Source of the DNA: Basidiobolus meristosporus CBS 931.73
Taxonomy: Eukaryota > Fungi > Basidiobolomycota
Assembly: GCA_002104905.1 (NCBI GenBank)
Contig: MCFE01000255.1
Location: 48,689 to 112,688, forward strand
Direction of reading: 5' to 3'
Length of the DNA: 64,000 bases
Shown here: positions 50,545 through 63,614 of the stretch, piece after piece
How the letters are laid out: the number at the start of each line of letters is the position of its first letter
Numbering within the stretch: the first letter of the stretch is position 1
The notes under the pieces: model-generated
What the model was told of the DNA's origin: nothing
Database searches by the model: none
Seen by the model: only the letters and a program-made list of their open reading frames with translations
Program-made: the position numbers and the translations under genes

Positions 50545-52631
50545 TGCAATTGCTTTGAATTGCTCACATCTGTGATGATCCCAACAACCCTTTTTTTTTG
50601 CAATCTGAATCAAGCCATTGCAAATTAGTGATCATCAAATTTTTGATATAAGTAATATCAAGGTCGTCTCACATTTGAGACAGAACCCCTATAAATAAAC
50701 ACCCTGCATATATATACGTCATCTGTAATACCAGTGCAGCTATTGGATCTGTTTCGCACCTACACTATTGCTCATGTGCTGGCTATGACACCTTGTCCAA
50801 TCACTAGGATCAGGGATTTACTTGCTTAATGAGCAAAATGGGATATTTGATGGCGAATCAGGTAGCTTTTTTAGTAGTCAATGAGCCAATTGGGGGCTGC
50901 CAGCTTCAAGATACTTTTGGACCAATTAACCACTGAGATACCATCCAATTGGAGTGAGGGTAACCAAAATGGTAAGTATTAGTGTGGTTTATAGTGTAAT
51001 ACACATTTATTTCCATTTACATTAAAGAAATATATCCAAATACCGGATTTTACCTGCCATAATGGCGGTATCCAATTGTGCACGTGATGCTAACATTACA
51101 AGTTGGCGCAATCATCCATTCCAACCTCATTGTGTCAGATTGTGCCATAGTGTGCAAGATTGTCCCGCATAGTGTGAAATTGTCCAAGAACAATCCTTGC
51201 TTCTGGTAGCTATAATATTGCACCCAATCATTCTTTACAACTGCGGATTGCGCCGCACGCCCTGGCACGGTACAATGGAACAAGTCTATTGCATTAAATG
51301 TTTCCAGAATTTTTATATGAGCTGGGTTCCTCTATCAGATACAATGTCACTGGGGATACCATGGGGGTGGAAAATGTTCTTTGCTACTCAGTGGGCAGTC
51401 TCCTTGGAATCTATGTTCTTGCAGCAGGAAGTGAAGTAAGCCATCTTTGTGAGTCAATCTGCTACTACCAGGACTGAATTAAATTGGTAGTATTCTGGGA
51501 GGTTGGCAGTGAAGTTCATCAAGATTAAATTCCATTACTGGTTAGATATTGGCATGTGTTGAAGAAGTCTATATTGATGTTGTCTGGTAGATTCTGCTTC
51601 ATATATGTGTCTCTGGATTGGAGGCACTCCTTGACAAGGGATATCATCTTGGACCACCAGAAGTCTCTCTTTTTTGCAATTATGGCTTTGGTGGTAGCAA
51701 AATGTCCTGCAGCCATTAAATCATGGCAAGAATGGATGATATCCAACTGGGTATCAATATCTGGGATAAATTGTTGATGCTTGTTGTGGATGATGTCATT
51801 CACTAGATGTAGGAGCTGGAGGTATGGGAATTTGGATGGTTGATCTGTGGGAGACTTAGAGTTTTTCTTGATTGTTGCCACTGTGGAGTTGCTGGCTTGG
51901 CTGATCTGGACTTTCTCAAAGAGTAAAGGAGCTAAAAACTGGAGGACTGGGTTGCAAGGAGTTCAAGAAGTCCTTTGTTAGGTATAGGGTTTTCATGTGC
52001 CAACATGAATCATCCTCTTCTTCACAGTAATACTCCACCTTTCTGCACAGGGCACCAGGTTTTCCTTTTTTTGCACTTGGTCTATAGGTGATGACAAAGT
52101 CAAAGCTGGAATGGAAGAGGGACCATCTGGCTTGTCTTTGGTTTATTATTCTTGGGGTGGTAAATTACTCTAGGTTCTTATGATTACAAAAGATCCTAGT
52201 CTTTTGGGCTGCACCATTAGGATAATGTCTCCATTGTTCAAGGGCAACATTTATTGCAAGAGGTTTCTTGTCATAGATATTATACTCTACTTTGGCTGGA
52301 GGAAATTTCCAAGAGTATAATGCAATAGGGTGTAGCACATTGTTGTCATAATATTGGCAAAGGATGGCACCAAGGGCAAAGTCAGAGGCATCAGTTTCTA
52401 TGATGAAAGGTTTCTCAAGGTTAGGGGGAGCAACAAGGGGGGTACACAACAAAGATATCTTGATAGAATTAAAGGACTCAGACTTTTCCTCATTCCATGC
52501 AAAGGGCAGATTTTTATGAGTGAGCTTTGTCAAGGGAGTGATTATCTTGGAGTAGTTGACAATGAGTCCACAGCAGAAGTTGACAAGTCTAAGGAAGGAT
52601 TGCACTTCTTTTACAGAAGAGGGAGTTTCTA

Positions 52632-53190
52632 GTGGTCAGAATCTTGGAGATATTGCAAATGATTGGGAGGACAAGTAGACTATGTGATTTTCACTTGAAA
52701 ATTTATTGAATGCAAAAGTAGTATTTATACTTTTACATTGTCTTGGCATAGCAAACATGTAGATTAGGTTAAGGAAGGTCCCAAGAACACGTGTGCAAAG
52801 TATGGGGATGTTTGGCCAACTTTGCAAATTTTCATGCTCTGGGTACCTGGCATTTAGTGAAACTATTTGAAGTAAATCCCAACTAGGAATTTGGTTAGTA
52901 TTCTCTAGGATTTAAAGGTAGTGATCTAAGCAACTGAGCTTGGTGATTACATTGGTGGAACTACAAATTTCTGCAACACTCCCACTTGGCTAAATGCTCA
53001 TACTGACTATTCTTAATTTTGACCTAAGATATTCATACTGGTCTCTAGCTGATGGTTTGGTAAATATGTCTTCAATCATTTCATCTGAAGGACAGTAACC
53101 TCAGCTAACAAAGTTACTCTTGATAGCTTCATGTATGAGAAGATATCTAATATTTATGTCCTCAGTTGTAGCTTGAAAAGTTGGATTTCT
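52632..53190 (-). mobile_element. 3' LTR, PPT and RNase H tail of the main Copia family (inverted fragment)
   Basis: Reverse-complement LTR ~52632-52978, followed by CTCCCAC (PPT) and IEDIFTKPSARDQYEYLRS-like coding. Confidence 0.8.
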
Positions 53191-53199
53191 ACCTAATAG

Positions 53200-53810
53200 T
53201 TGGCATCCTTGATTGGCAATGCGCAATGTGGAGTTTGTAGTAGATAAATTGCCTCTCTCTGCAAACTCATCTACCTCACTGGAGTATAGCTCAACTTGCT
53301 TCACTTCCAACTCTTATGGAAATAGCTGTTTGCTTGTAAGTTATTCTTCTTGGCTATAATGGGATTCAGTCTCTTCTGAGCATAAGACATTAATTGGCAA
53401 GAACTGCAGCTTTTTTCTTATGCTTTTGTGTCTCAGTCTTAGGTAAACTCTTTTCCCTTGGCATATTCCTTTATGATTACCAGGTATTTTGCTGCTACTT
53501 TGTCTGAGTGCTTCTTGCTTTGAGCTATGCTCTCTTTGTGCCAAATGCAGCTATGATGCATCTGTTTTTACTTGCTTGTCCCTTGCTGACACTCTGCAGG
53601 CAACCAGATGCTTTTTTCCTGCCTGTATTGAGCTCTGAACCCATGCTGTGATGGGCTCCTGAGGTAGCTACTGGTTTTATCACTGCCAGGTACTTCACTG
53701 CTACTTTGGCTGAGTGCTTCTTGAGTGGAACTATACTTTTCCATGATCAATGTTGTACTGGTGCATATGTAGCTGCCTGCTTGTCCCCTATTGGTACTAC
53801 TTCTTAGATT
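53200..53810 (-). pseudogene. Fragment of CACTA ORF2
   Basis: Matches 31590-32060 (EVKQVELYSSEVDEFAERGNLSTT; QEALRQSSS). Confidence 0.7.
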
Positions 53811-53811
53811 G

Positions 53812-55299
53812 CAACAGGTTATGAGCCCCAATTGTCTTAATCTATTCTTAAGATGATATCTACCAGCAAACAGAATAATACAAACATCTTCCCTGTAAAG
53901 GAGAGGTCTGAAGGGAAAAATACAGATTTTGGAGAGTCAAGATGAATTATGAGTTACAGCTTAAATGCTTAAGTTGGATCAGTTCTTGGTCAAATCAATT
54001 AGGTATATGTTTACCCTATCAGTATATCAGTGTTATATATCTATTCAGTAGCATTAGTGAGTAAATAAATCAGCAAAACCTCATCAGACAGAAATAGATA
54101 TATTTGGCAGGATCTTATTGGGTGATGATGATGCAATCAAATGAGTCATCATCCACAATCTACATCAGTATATACAGTTAATCAGCAATTGATCTGGCAA
54201 AATGTATATAGGGAGCTGCTGGAACCTCAATAAAAATCAGGTCAAGCTTTAGTGAGTAAAATACTAGCTAAACTCCTTATTCCTCTACAACTCTTATACT
54301 AAGACTTGTAACAGATGCCAATCCACCTTGAGGAAAGAAAGCTTTGGAATTTAGTAACAGGAAGAGATGTTGAGCCCAAAGGAAAAGCAGAGGAAGTGGA
54401 CAAGCTTCAACAGAAGGAGAGAAAAGCCTTTAATGCCATATGTATCAATATGCAAGATCCCTTCATTGGACAAATTCATGCTTTGGTTACTGCCAAACCA
54501 GCATGGAATCTTTAGAGACAAACTTTAGAGCCAAGTCAGTATCAAGCTAGCTTTATTTAAACAAATGTTCTTTAACTTGAGGAAGAAGCCAGAAGATGAC
54601 ATGCTACAACTCATTACTAAAGTGCAGTCACTTGCAGAAGAACTCTACCATATTGATGCTGGTGAAGATAATGAAGCAAAGATACTTGGTCTGCCATGCA
54701 GCTTACCAGACAAATCTAAACATCTTATACTTCTTCTGAAAGCAGAGAAGACAATCTGACCTTAGATTATGTCCAAGGAAGACTTCAAGTCAGACACACT
54801 GATCAAGCAGAGTAAATTGAAGATAATGCTTTATTCAGCTCAGAAAGGCACACAGAAAAGAAGGGAAAGCAGCAAAACTGAAAGAAAACTTGGTTGCTGT
54901 TACTGCTGTAAGATGCCTGGACACTGGGTAAGAGAATGCAAGATGAAACAAGCAGATGAAAAGCAGAAACTAGAGCAGACAAACCATACTGCTACTAATG
55001 CACAGTTATTTATAACTGTACAAGAGAGTGCAACTAACCAAAATAATGAGTGATATATTGGCTCTAGAGTATCTCAGCATATTTGTGGTATAAATGAGTG
55101 GTTTGGCAACTGGAAGACCATTCCTGTAAGAAAAGATTATCTTGGAGACAACTTTTCACTGTAAGCTACAATCAGTGGATCTATACCGCTAAATATTAGT
55201 GATACCTCCAGTACAACAACAGGAACACCCACTGATATAATCTATATGCTCTATGTACTCTATGTGCCTCAAATAGCTAAAAACCTACTCTAAGTCAGT
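53812..55299 (+). mobile_element. Second Copia family: PBS-gag-protease remnant
   Basis: CAACA|GGTTATGAGCCC at ~53813; RFWRVKM|PIHLEERKLWNLVTG; CCYCCKMPGHWVREC zinc knuckle; YIGSRVSQH protease; KNLLS motif; clearly diverged from family A/B/C. Confidence 0.75.
53945..54313. mobile_element. Solo LTR of another family inserted in the gag of the second Copia family; truncated sister copy at 55300-~55632
   Basis: Ends TAACA; the sister copy starts TGTTATGA; 4-bp flanking duplication GATG; removal rejoins VKM-PIHL. Confidence 0.7.
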
Positions 55300-56141
55300 T
55301 GTTATGATCTGCCTCTTGAATGCTTAAGTTGGATGAGTTTTTTAGTTAAATCAATTAGTTATATGTTTAGGTTATTGGTATATCAGTATTTTCTATCAAT
55401 CAGTAGTATTAGTCAGCAAATGAATCAGCAGATCCTTATCAGACAGAAATGGATATACTAGGTAGGATCTTATTAGGTGATGATGACGCAATCAAATGAG
55501 TCATTAGCCACAGCCTATATTAGGAAATACAATTAGTCAGCAATATATCTGGCAAAATGTATATAAGGAGCTGCTGGAATCTCAATAAAGATCATTTCAA
55601 GTCTTAGTGAATACAATACTAGCTAAACTCTCTGTTTGGGTGTGTGGGGGGTGGGATGGGAGAGGGAATGGGGGATCCAAAACATAGGGGGGGATAGGGG
55701 GAGGAAAGGAGCCTACTGGATTGGCCCAATTGAATTACTTGGCCTCTCCCATTTTCATTATGGTTAAAATAATAAATAATGTAAATGCTTTCCACTATGG
55801 AAGAATAAGACCATTGCTTCCTGCAATGGGGGTGTGATATGGGTTTATTTACCCTCCCCCCCTGGAGGGGGAAGCAGTTAATTTCCCCCACCCTTACCGG
55901 GGGACTATGCCTAATTTCCAATCACTAATGTAGAAGCACCATCAAAGGTGCAAGTAATTGTTATTCCTTTTGTAGAGGTGCCTTATTGATCTTTTAGCTT
56001 ATCTTCCACACCTATAACCGGGATAATACTTGAGTGAGGAATGAGGTACATCCAAAGTTGGGTATGGGCTCTTATCTTAAAAGGATTGTTAAAGGAGCTA
56101 AAGTTGGTTATAATCTGGAAACTTTACCTTCATCAGTAAAT

Positions 56142-56869
56142 AGACTTGTTCCCTTGGATAGAGCCATATGATGCCATAGTGTGCCAGAGAAGCCAAGTGA
56201 ACCTATACTTGGTCACAGAGTGTGAAACATAGCTCTGCATCTTCATGCAAAGCAGCCCCTGTGTTTCACCCTTTGTGTTGGAGAAAATCCATTTTGGACA
56301 TTTTTTTGTGGACCAATATTGTGCAGGATGTGTAAGAGCACAGAAGAATTGAAGACATGCATCTGGTACTTAATGCCCATGGCACACTGAATCTAGCTCC
56401 TGTGGCTTGTAACATGTCACAAAATGCATGGCACTATCTTGGTCCACTGGTACTATATGGCACTAGATTTAATTATTAGCCCTAAAGTAAGATCTATACA
56501 AAGCACTCATAGTGCCAGATAGTACCAGTGGACCAAGATAGTGCCATGCATTTTTGTGCCATGCATTTTTGTGACATGTTACAAGCCACAGGAGCTAGAT
56601 TCAGAGTGCCATGGGTACCATGTACCAGATGCATAACTTCAATCCTTTTGTGCTCTTACAGATCCTTCACAACATTGACCTAAAAAAAATGGTCAAAAAA
56701 TGGATATTCTCCAACACAAAGGGTGAAACACAGGGGCTGCTTTGCATGAAGATGCAGAGCTAGGCTTCACACTCTGTGGGCAAGAATAGGTTCACTTGGC
56801 CTCCCTGGCACACTATGGCACCATTTGGCACTTATGGTGCAATTTTGTTCTATCCAATGGAACAAGTCT
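56142..56869. mobile_element. 728-bp foldback MITE of the PHIS family
   Basis: TIRs AGACTTGTTCCCTTGGATAG / CTATCCAATGGAACAAGTCT; TSD AAT; the two halves are reverse complements over ~320 bp. Confidence 0.92.
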
Positions 56870-58935
56870 AATGCTTTTCATATGAATCCAATAGTCAGAA
56901 TTTGTTGTGTTATTGGAGGATTATTAATAGTAACATGGTTAGGCTTTTATAAAGAGATATATCTACCATGGAACTATATGATATTTCTTTTAACATCTGT
57001 TCAGTTTGTTTATATGATTGTCATAATAATTATTAAAGTAGTATATATGGTTGAACAATGGAGAAATGGATCCCTAGAAGTTAGAAATTCTCCTCCTGAT
57101 TAGTTTGCTTCTCTTATTGCCAAGCTTGTGATCTGTGTTAAAACAGGTTGTACAATAGGAGCAGGAACAGGGGTATTATTAGGGTTAGGTATTGGCTTAT
57201 TTGACATCTAAGAAGCATTGGGTTGTGAATCAGTAGTTAAACCAGGATTAGGAGGAATTCTAGATAAAGGGTTAACTATTCTTGGTATACCTAATCCAAA
57301 ATCCCTTACCATGGCAGTGACATCTAATGACAGAGAGGAAGCCATCCCAGCTTTGGTTGATAAATGCACCCCAATGGTATCAAACTTGAATCTTGCTCTT
57401 ATTCAAGACATCTTGGGGGGCAACCAATGGACAGAAGTTCATGAAGGGCATCTTGGAGAAACAGGTGGGAGTGTAATAAAAGATGGGGAGGCCTCTGATT
57501 TGTTCAATGAGCAGCCACAAAATAAAGAATTTAACTCTGGGGGGAATCTTAAAAGCCTTGGCTCAAATAGAAAGGCCCCCCAATCAACAGGAAATCCAAA
57601 AGGAATTTTAAACTATCTCTGAGTTTTCCTCACAAGTAGTGCCTTCAAGGTCACTTGGCTGTCAGCATGGTTTCCTGGGAGTGTCCTGTGGTCTGGGGCT
57701 GGAAGTTCAGGTTGCAGCAGGTAGCAGTGATCACACTAATCAACAAGGCAGTATATTGATAAAAGGGATGATGATTTATTGTTATGGGATTGCCTCCCTT
57801 ATATACTTTTCTCACTGGCTAAGTGATTACTAATCATGGTGTTCCAGAAGGTTCTGGATATCATTAGAAATCCTTATAGCATCCAAATGACCTAAGAATG
57901 TTCTAAGTAGGTGCCAGAAGGTTCTATGAGGCACAGCACATCTGACCAATCAGGAATCAGTACTCTGAAACCTGTGTAATACAGGGACACCATATATGGT
58001 ATGGAAATGGTGGGGATGGGGACACAGGTTGATCATGTGTCACAAGTAGTGGCACAGGCACTTGCCAAATATAGAAGCACTTACTGCTAGTAATCTTACA
58101 TAAAGTGAGGTATAACTTATGCAGTAAGGTAAGCATGTGTAATAGTCAACTGGCTTATGGGATAGTACTGATCTGGTAAGACAGATGGGATAAAACTAAA
58201 ACCAGTGTAGTAGAGAAATAGGGAAGCAGAAAATATGGGAATGAGCATGTCTGTCAGTGGGTGTCACTGTGACCCCACTACACCATAATTTGTTTATGAT
58301 ATGCATACTTGATAATCTTGAAATAAAGTAATAGGCATTTTTTGACACAGTCCTAAATCTGTAAAAAGCTTTCTTAACCACATTGCTTCTTTTGTAGCTT
58401 CACAGGCTACCATATTCTCTGCCTCTGTGGTAGAAAGTGCTATGGTTGGTTGCTTTCTTGAATTCCATGAAATTGCTCCTTTACAGTAAAGTAAGGTGTA
58501 TCCTGTGGTGGATCTTCTGTCTTCCAAACTTTGTCCCCAATCAGCATCAGAGTATCCCACAAGATCCTGTTCTAAATCCTTGTAAGTGTATCTTAAGCAG
58601 ATATCAGTAGTTCCTTTTAGGTATCTAAAAGTCCGCTTAACTGCTGCAATATGATCAGATCCATAGTTCTGATTATGTTGGCTGACAACTCCCACTGAAT
58701 ATGAGATATCTGGACGTGTTCTAAGCATGATATACATCAGACTGCCGACTATAGATTGATAAGGAAAGTCAGGGCTTTCAGTTGGCACCAAGCTCTCTTG
58801 ATTTGGTTGAGTTTTGACCAAGTTAAGGTTTGTCTCCATTGGGGTAACTGCTGGTTTACAGTCTTCCATTTGGTACTTCTTTAGTTTATCTTGAATATGC
58901 TTGGATTGGCTTACAGTAATAGTCTGGGTACTTCT

Positions 58936-61900
58936 TGTTGTAAAAATTTGTATTTCCACCTAAATACTCAACTAACTTAGTCACTTAGATCATTACCTTC
59001 AAATCCTAGAGAATACTGACCAAATTCCTTGTCGGGATTTACTTAGAATATTTTCACCAAAATACCAGGTACCCAGAACATGATAATACTCAAAGTCGTC
59101 CAAACAGCCCCAAACTTTGCACACATGTTCTTGGGACCTTCCTTAACCTATTCTACATGCTTGTATTGCCAAGACCAGGTAAAAGTATAAATACTACTTT
59201 TACATTCAATAAATCATTAAGTGAAAAATACATAATCTACTTGTCCTCCCAATCACTTCCAATATCTCCCAGACTCTTACAACAGGTTATGAGCCCCAAG
59301 CTGTTACTCTCTGCAATGTCTACTACTGCTATTACTGGAATTTTTCCCTCTGCTGAAAAGTTGGATGGCTCTAACTACCAAGTGTGGAAGGTGAAGATGA
59401 AGATGCTGCTACAAGAAAGAGGCCTTTGGGATATTGTCATAGGAGAAGAATGCCCTCCTAAAAATGTGGGAGAGGAAGCCTTAAAGTACCAGAAGAAAGA
59501 ACAAAGTGCCTTTAACTGCATTTGCCTTAATGTCAAGGACAAATTGCTAATTCAATGCTCAAGAGCAAAAATGGCAAAGAATGCCTGGAAAGCATTGGAA
59601 GACACCTACCAGTCATGTTCAGCTGCCAAGAAAAGTATCTGAGACAAAAATTCTTTACTACAAAGATGCTGCCAGGAGAAGAAATGAAAAATCTAATTAA
59701 CAGAATTACCCTGCTGGTAGATGAGATGGAATCTGTGGGCGTACCAACTACAGATGAGGATGTGATAGTTACCATCCTGAATAGCCTAACAGACAAGTTT
59801 CAGGGCCTTGTATCAGCCTTAGAGTCCAGAACTGAAGATTTGACCTTAAATTACATATATGGAAGGCTCCTGGATGAAGAATTAAGAAAATCAAGCGCCA
59901 ATAAGAAGGAAGAAGAAAATGCTTTAATAAGCAATGATAACCAACAAAGGAGGTACCCAAGACCCTACAAAGGCAACAGCAACCTATTTTGCAACTACTG
60001 CAAAAGGAAAGGACACACATCAGACCGGTGTCTCAAAAAGAGAGATTATCAGCAAAAGAAGCCTGAATATGGAAATGCTGCAACAACTGAAGATAGACTA
60101 TTCATATCTGCACTAAATATGACCATAAACAAGAATTCTCAGACGTGGTATATTGACTCTGGAGCTTCTCAACACTTTACACACCCAAAAGAACTTTTTA
60201 CCCAATATCAAGAAATTCCAATTAAGAAGGTTTTCATGGGTGACAATAGAACACTTGATGCAGTGGGAGAAGGAACTATTCAAGTAAACCTTAGAAGCAG
60301 TGAAGGAAGCCATACACTGACCTTTAAAGAAGTGCTCTATGTACCAGAAATAGCCAAGAACCTACTCTCTGTAAGCAAGGCCACAGCAGAAGGACTCAGT
60401 TTCAGTTTTGACAATACTGGATGCAGGATCACTGATCAAAATGGTGCCCATATTGCTTCGGGCATCAGAGATCAGAATCTATACAAGTTGACTTATATTC
60501 TATCATATTTGGAAGCCAATATAAGTAACTCAAATGAAGAAACACCAATACTTTGGCACAGGATATTTGGACACATCAATTTTGATTATTTGAGCAAAAT
60601 GATCAAAGATCAGCTAATTTCTGGAGTGGAAATTGATCCCCCAGCTAATTTGGAGCACTGTGAAGCCTGCATATATGGGAAACAAGCCAGACAACCGTCT
60701 GATAGCTCTGGGTTAATCAAAACTAAGAAAAAATTAGATCTAATTCACTCAGATCTGTGTGGACCTATGCAAAATTTATCCTTAGGCAGGATGAAGAATT
60801 TAATCACTTTTATTGATGATTATACAAGATACACATGGGTCTACTTCATGGAGAGAAAGGAAGAAGCTCTGTCTAAGCTCAGGGAGCTTAAAGCCATGGT
60901 GGAGAGAGAAACTGGTGAAAAAATCAGAAAAATACGCTCTGACAATGGTGGAGAATATACCTCAAAACTTGTCATTCACTTCTGCAAAATTCATGGGATA
61001 AAGCAAGAGACTACTGTACCATACTCCCCACAGCAAAATGGAGTAGCAGAACAAGCTAACAGATCAATAATTCATATGGCAAGATCTATATCCATGATCA
61101 CAAATTATCCTATGATTTTTGGGCGCAATCAGTTGCCACTGCTGTATATCTTATAAATAGGAGTTATGACAGAATACTTTGTGATTCTACTCCATTTGAA
61201 GCATGGTATGGATACAGACCAAGTGCAGGACATCTAAGAATATTTGGGGGTACAGCATATGCCAAAAAACTGGCCGGAAATCAGTCAAAATTTGAACCAA
61301 AAAGTGTAAAATGCATATTTTTGGGCTACTGCAATGAGAGTAAGGCATACAGACTCTACAATACCAAAGCAAAGAAGCTGATCAAGTCCAGGGATGTGTT
61401 GTTTGATGAAAATTCAAAATTTTCACAAAAAATGACATCAGATGATGACAAAAATTTGGTCTCAAGTCCACCAATTGTCAGGATTGAATCAGAGCAAAAC
61501 AATGAAAATTTTTTCACTCCAGAGGACTCTACAACCATGGTTCAGCCAGAATCAGTGCCCAGGAATATCCCAGAAGTGATCATTCCAGTATCAAATGCCC
61601 GGAGATCAAATCAGACAAGAAATAGCCCAAATTACTATATCAATGAGGGTACAAACTTAGCCTATGCCTATTCAGCCCATATTGATGAGCCCCATACTGT
61701 AAAAGAGGCCCTAAATAGCCCTCAGACAAAGTTTTGGAGATCTGCAATGACTGAGGAATATCAGGCACTGATGGAAAATCAAACTTGGGACTTAGTCAAA
61801 TTACCAATCAACCAATAATCAATTGGACGCAGATGGGTCTTCAAGACAAAATACAAGGCTGATGGTACAATTGAAAGATACAAAGCAAGACTTGTGGCCA

Positions 61901-63614
61901 AAGGATACTCTCAAACAAAAGGACTTGACTATACTGAGACCTTTGCACCGGTATCCAAGTTTAATTCCATCAGATTAATATTGGCTATTGCCGCCAAATA
62001 TAAGTTTTTATTCATCAAATGGATGTAAAAACTGCATTTTTGAATGGAGAACTTGATGAGGACGTGTATATGGACCAGCCTGATGGGTTTGCTGACCAAG
62101 ATAACCCCCATTTTGTCTGCAAGCTTAAAAAGTCACTATATGGTCTCAAACAATCACCAAGAGCCTGGAATTGCAAGATAGATTCTTATTTGGAATCTTT
62201 GAGTTTCAAAAGAAGTAATGCTGACTATAGTATATACTATAAGCCAGATAGGGCAAATCCAGTTCTATTAGCTCTATATGTGGATGATCTTATTATAGCC
62301 GCCAATAACCTAGAAACATTGGAAGAAACTAAATCCAGCCTATCTAAGGAGTTCAAGATGTCTGATTTAGGAGAACTTAGTTACTACTTAGGGATTAAGT
62401 TCTCCATAGACAGAAGTACCCAGACTATCACCCTAAGCCAATCCAAGTATATTCAAGATATACTAAAGAAGTACTAAATGGAAGACTGTAAACCGGCAGC
62501 TACCCCAATGGAGACAAACCTTAACTTGGTAAAAACTCAACCAAATCAAGAGAGCTTGGTGCCAACTGAAAGCCCTGACTTTCCTTATCAATCTATGGTC
62601 GGCAGTCTGATGTATATCATGCTTAGAACACGTCCAGATATCTCATATTCAGTGGGAGTTGTCAGCCAACATAATCAGAACTATGGATCTGATCATCTTG
62701 CAGCAGTTAAGTGGATTTTTAGATACCTAAAAGGAACTGCTGATATCTGCTTAAGATACACTTATAAGGATTCAGTACAGGATCTTGTGGGATACTCTGA
62801 TGCTGATTGGGGACAAAATTTGGAAGACAGAAGATCCACCACAGGTTACACCGTTCTTTACTGTAAAGGAGCAATTTCATGGAATTCAAGAAAGCAACCA
62901 ACCGTAGCACTTTCTACCACAGAGGCAGAGTACATGGCAGCCTGTGAAGCTACAAAAGAAGCAATGTGGCTAAGAAAGCTTCTTACAGATTTAGGCCTAT
63001 GTCAAAAAATGCCTATTACTTTATTTCAAGATAATCAAGGATGTATACAATTAGGTAGAAATCCAACTTTTCATGCTAGAACCAAGCACATAGATATTAG
63101 ACATCATTTCATACATGAAGCTATAGAGAATAACTTAGTTAGCTTACTTTACTGTCCTACAGATGAAATGATTGCAGACATATTTACCAAACCATTAGCT
63201 AGAGACAAGTTTGAATATCTTAGGTCAAAATTAGGACTAGTCAGTATGAGCATTTAGCTGAGTGGAGTGTTGTAAAAATTCATATTTCCACCTAAATATT
63301 CACCTAACTTAGTCACTTAGATCATTACCTTCAAATCCTAGAGAATATTGACTAAATTCCTTGTTGGGATTTACTTAGAATATTTTCACCAAAATACCAG
63401 GTACCCAGAACATGATAATTCTCAAAGTTGTCCAAACAGCCCCAAACTTTGCACACATGTTCTTGGGACCTTCCTTAACCTATTCTACGTGTTTGTAATG
63501 CCAAGATCAGGTAAAGTATAAATACTACTTTTACATTCAATAAATCATTAAGTGAAAAACACATAATCTACTTTCCTCCCAATCATTTCCAATATCTCCA
63601 AGACTCTTACAACA
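58936..63614 (+). mobile_element. Ty1/Copia copy C, full length (4679 bp), best-preserved copy; LTRs 58936-59284 and 63268-63614
   Basis: 5-bp TSD CTTCT; PBS GGTTATGAGCCC; PPT; LTRs differ at about 17 of ~349 positions by hand count. Confidence 0.96.
59289..63257 (+). pseudogene. Copia gag-pol polyprotein (gag, protease, integrase, RT, RNase H), disrupted
   Basis: Domains in Copia order (IN before RT); frameshifts near 59635, 61090 and 62000; premature TAA near 61816 and 62475. Confidence 0.93.

Larger units (their letters stand above)
47870..51287. mobile_element. PHIS-type (PIF/Harbinger-ISL2-like) DNA transposon, complete 3418-bp copy
   Basis: TIRs AGACTTGTTCCGTTG / CAATGGAACAAGTCT; TSD ATT; removal restores the Gypsy integrase frame exactly; two divergent ORFs. 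Confidence 0.93.
46500..52630 (-). mobile_element. Ty3/Gypsy pol remnant, interrupted by a PHIS element and a CACTA end fragment
   Basis: RT-RNase H (FIIETDASDFALGAIL..YNIYDK..EQWRHY..NHKNL; NQRQARW), integrase zinc finger (CHD..AGHF..FWW) and core (WKHLMQYLGAQVKLSAAFHPQSDGQTERINRTLE). A chromodomain near 46700-46900 is possible but not established. Confidence 0.85.

Noticed and set aside
57218-57622. 134-aa plus-strand ORF
   Set aside because: No ATG start (begins at TTG) and no recognisable motif; probably the antisense shadow of the decayed minus-strand frame.
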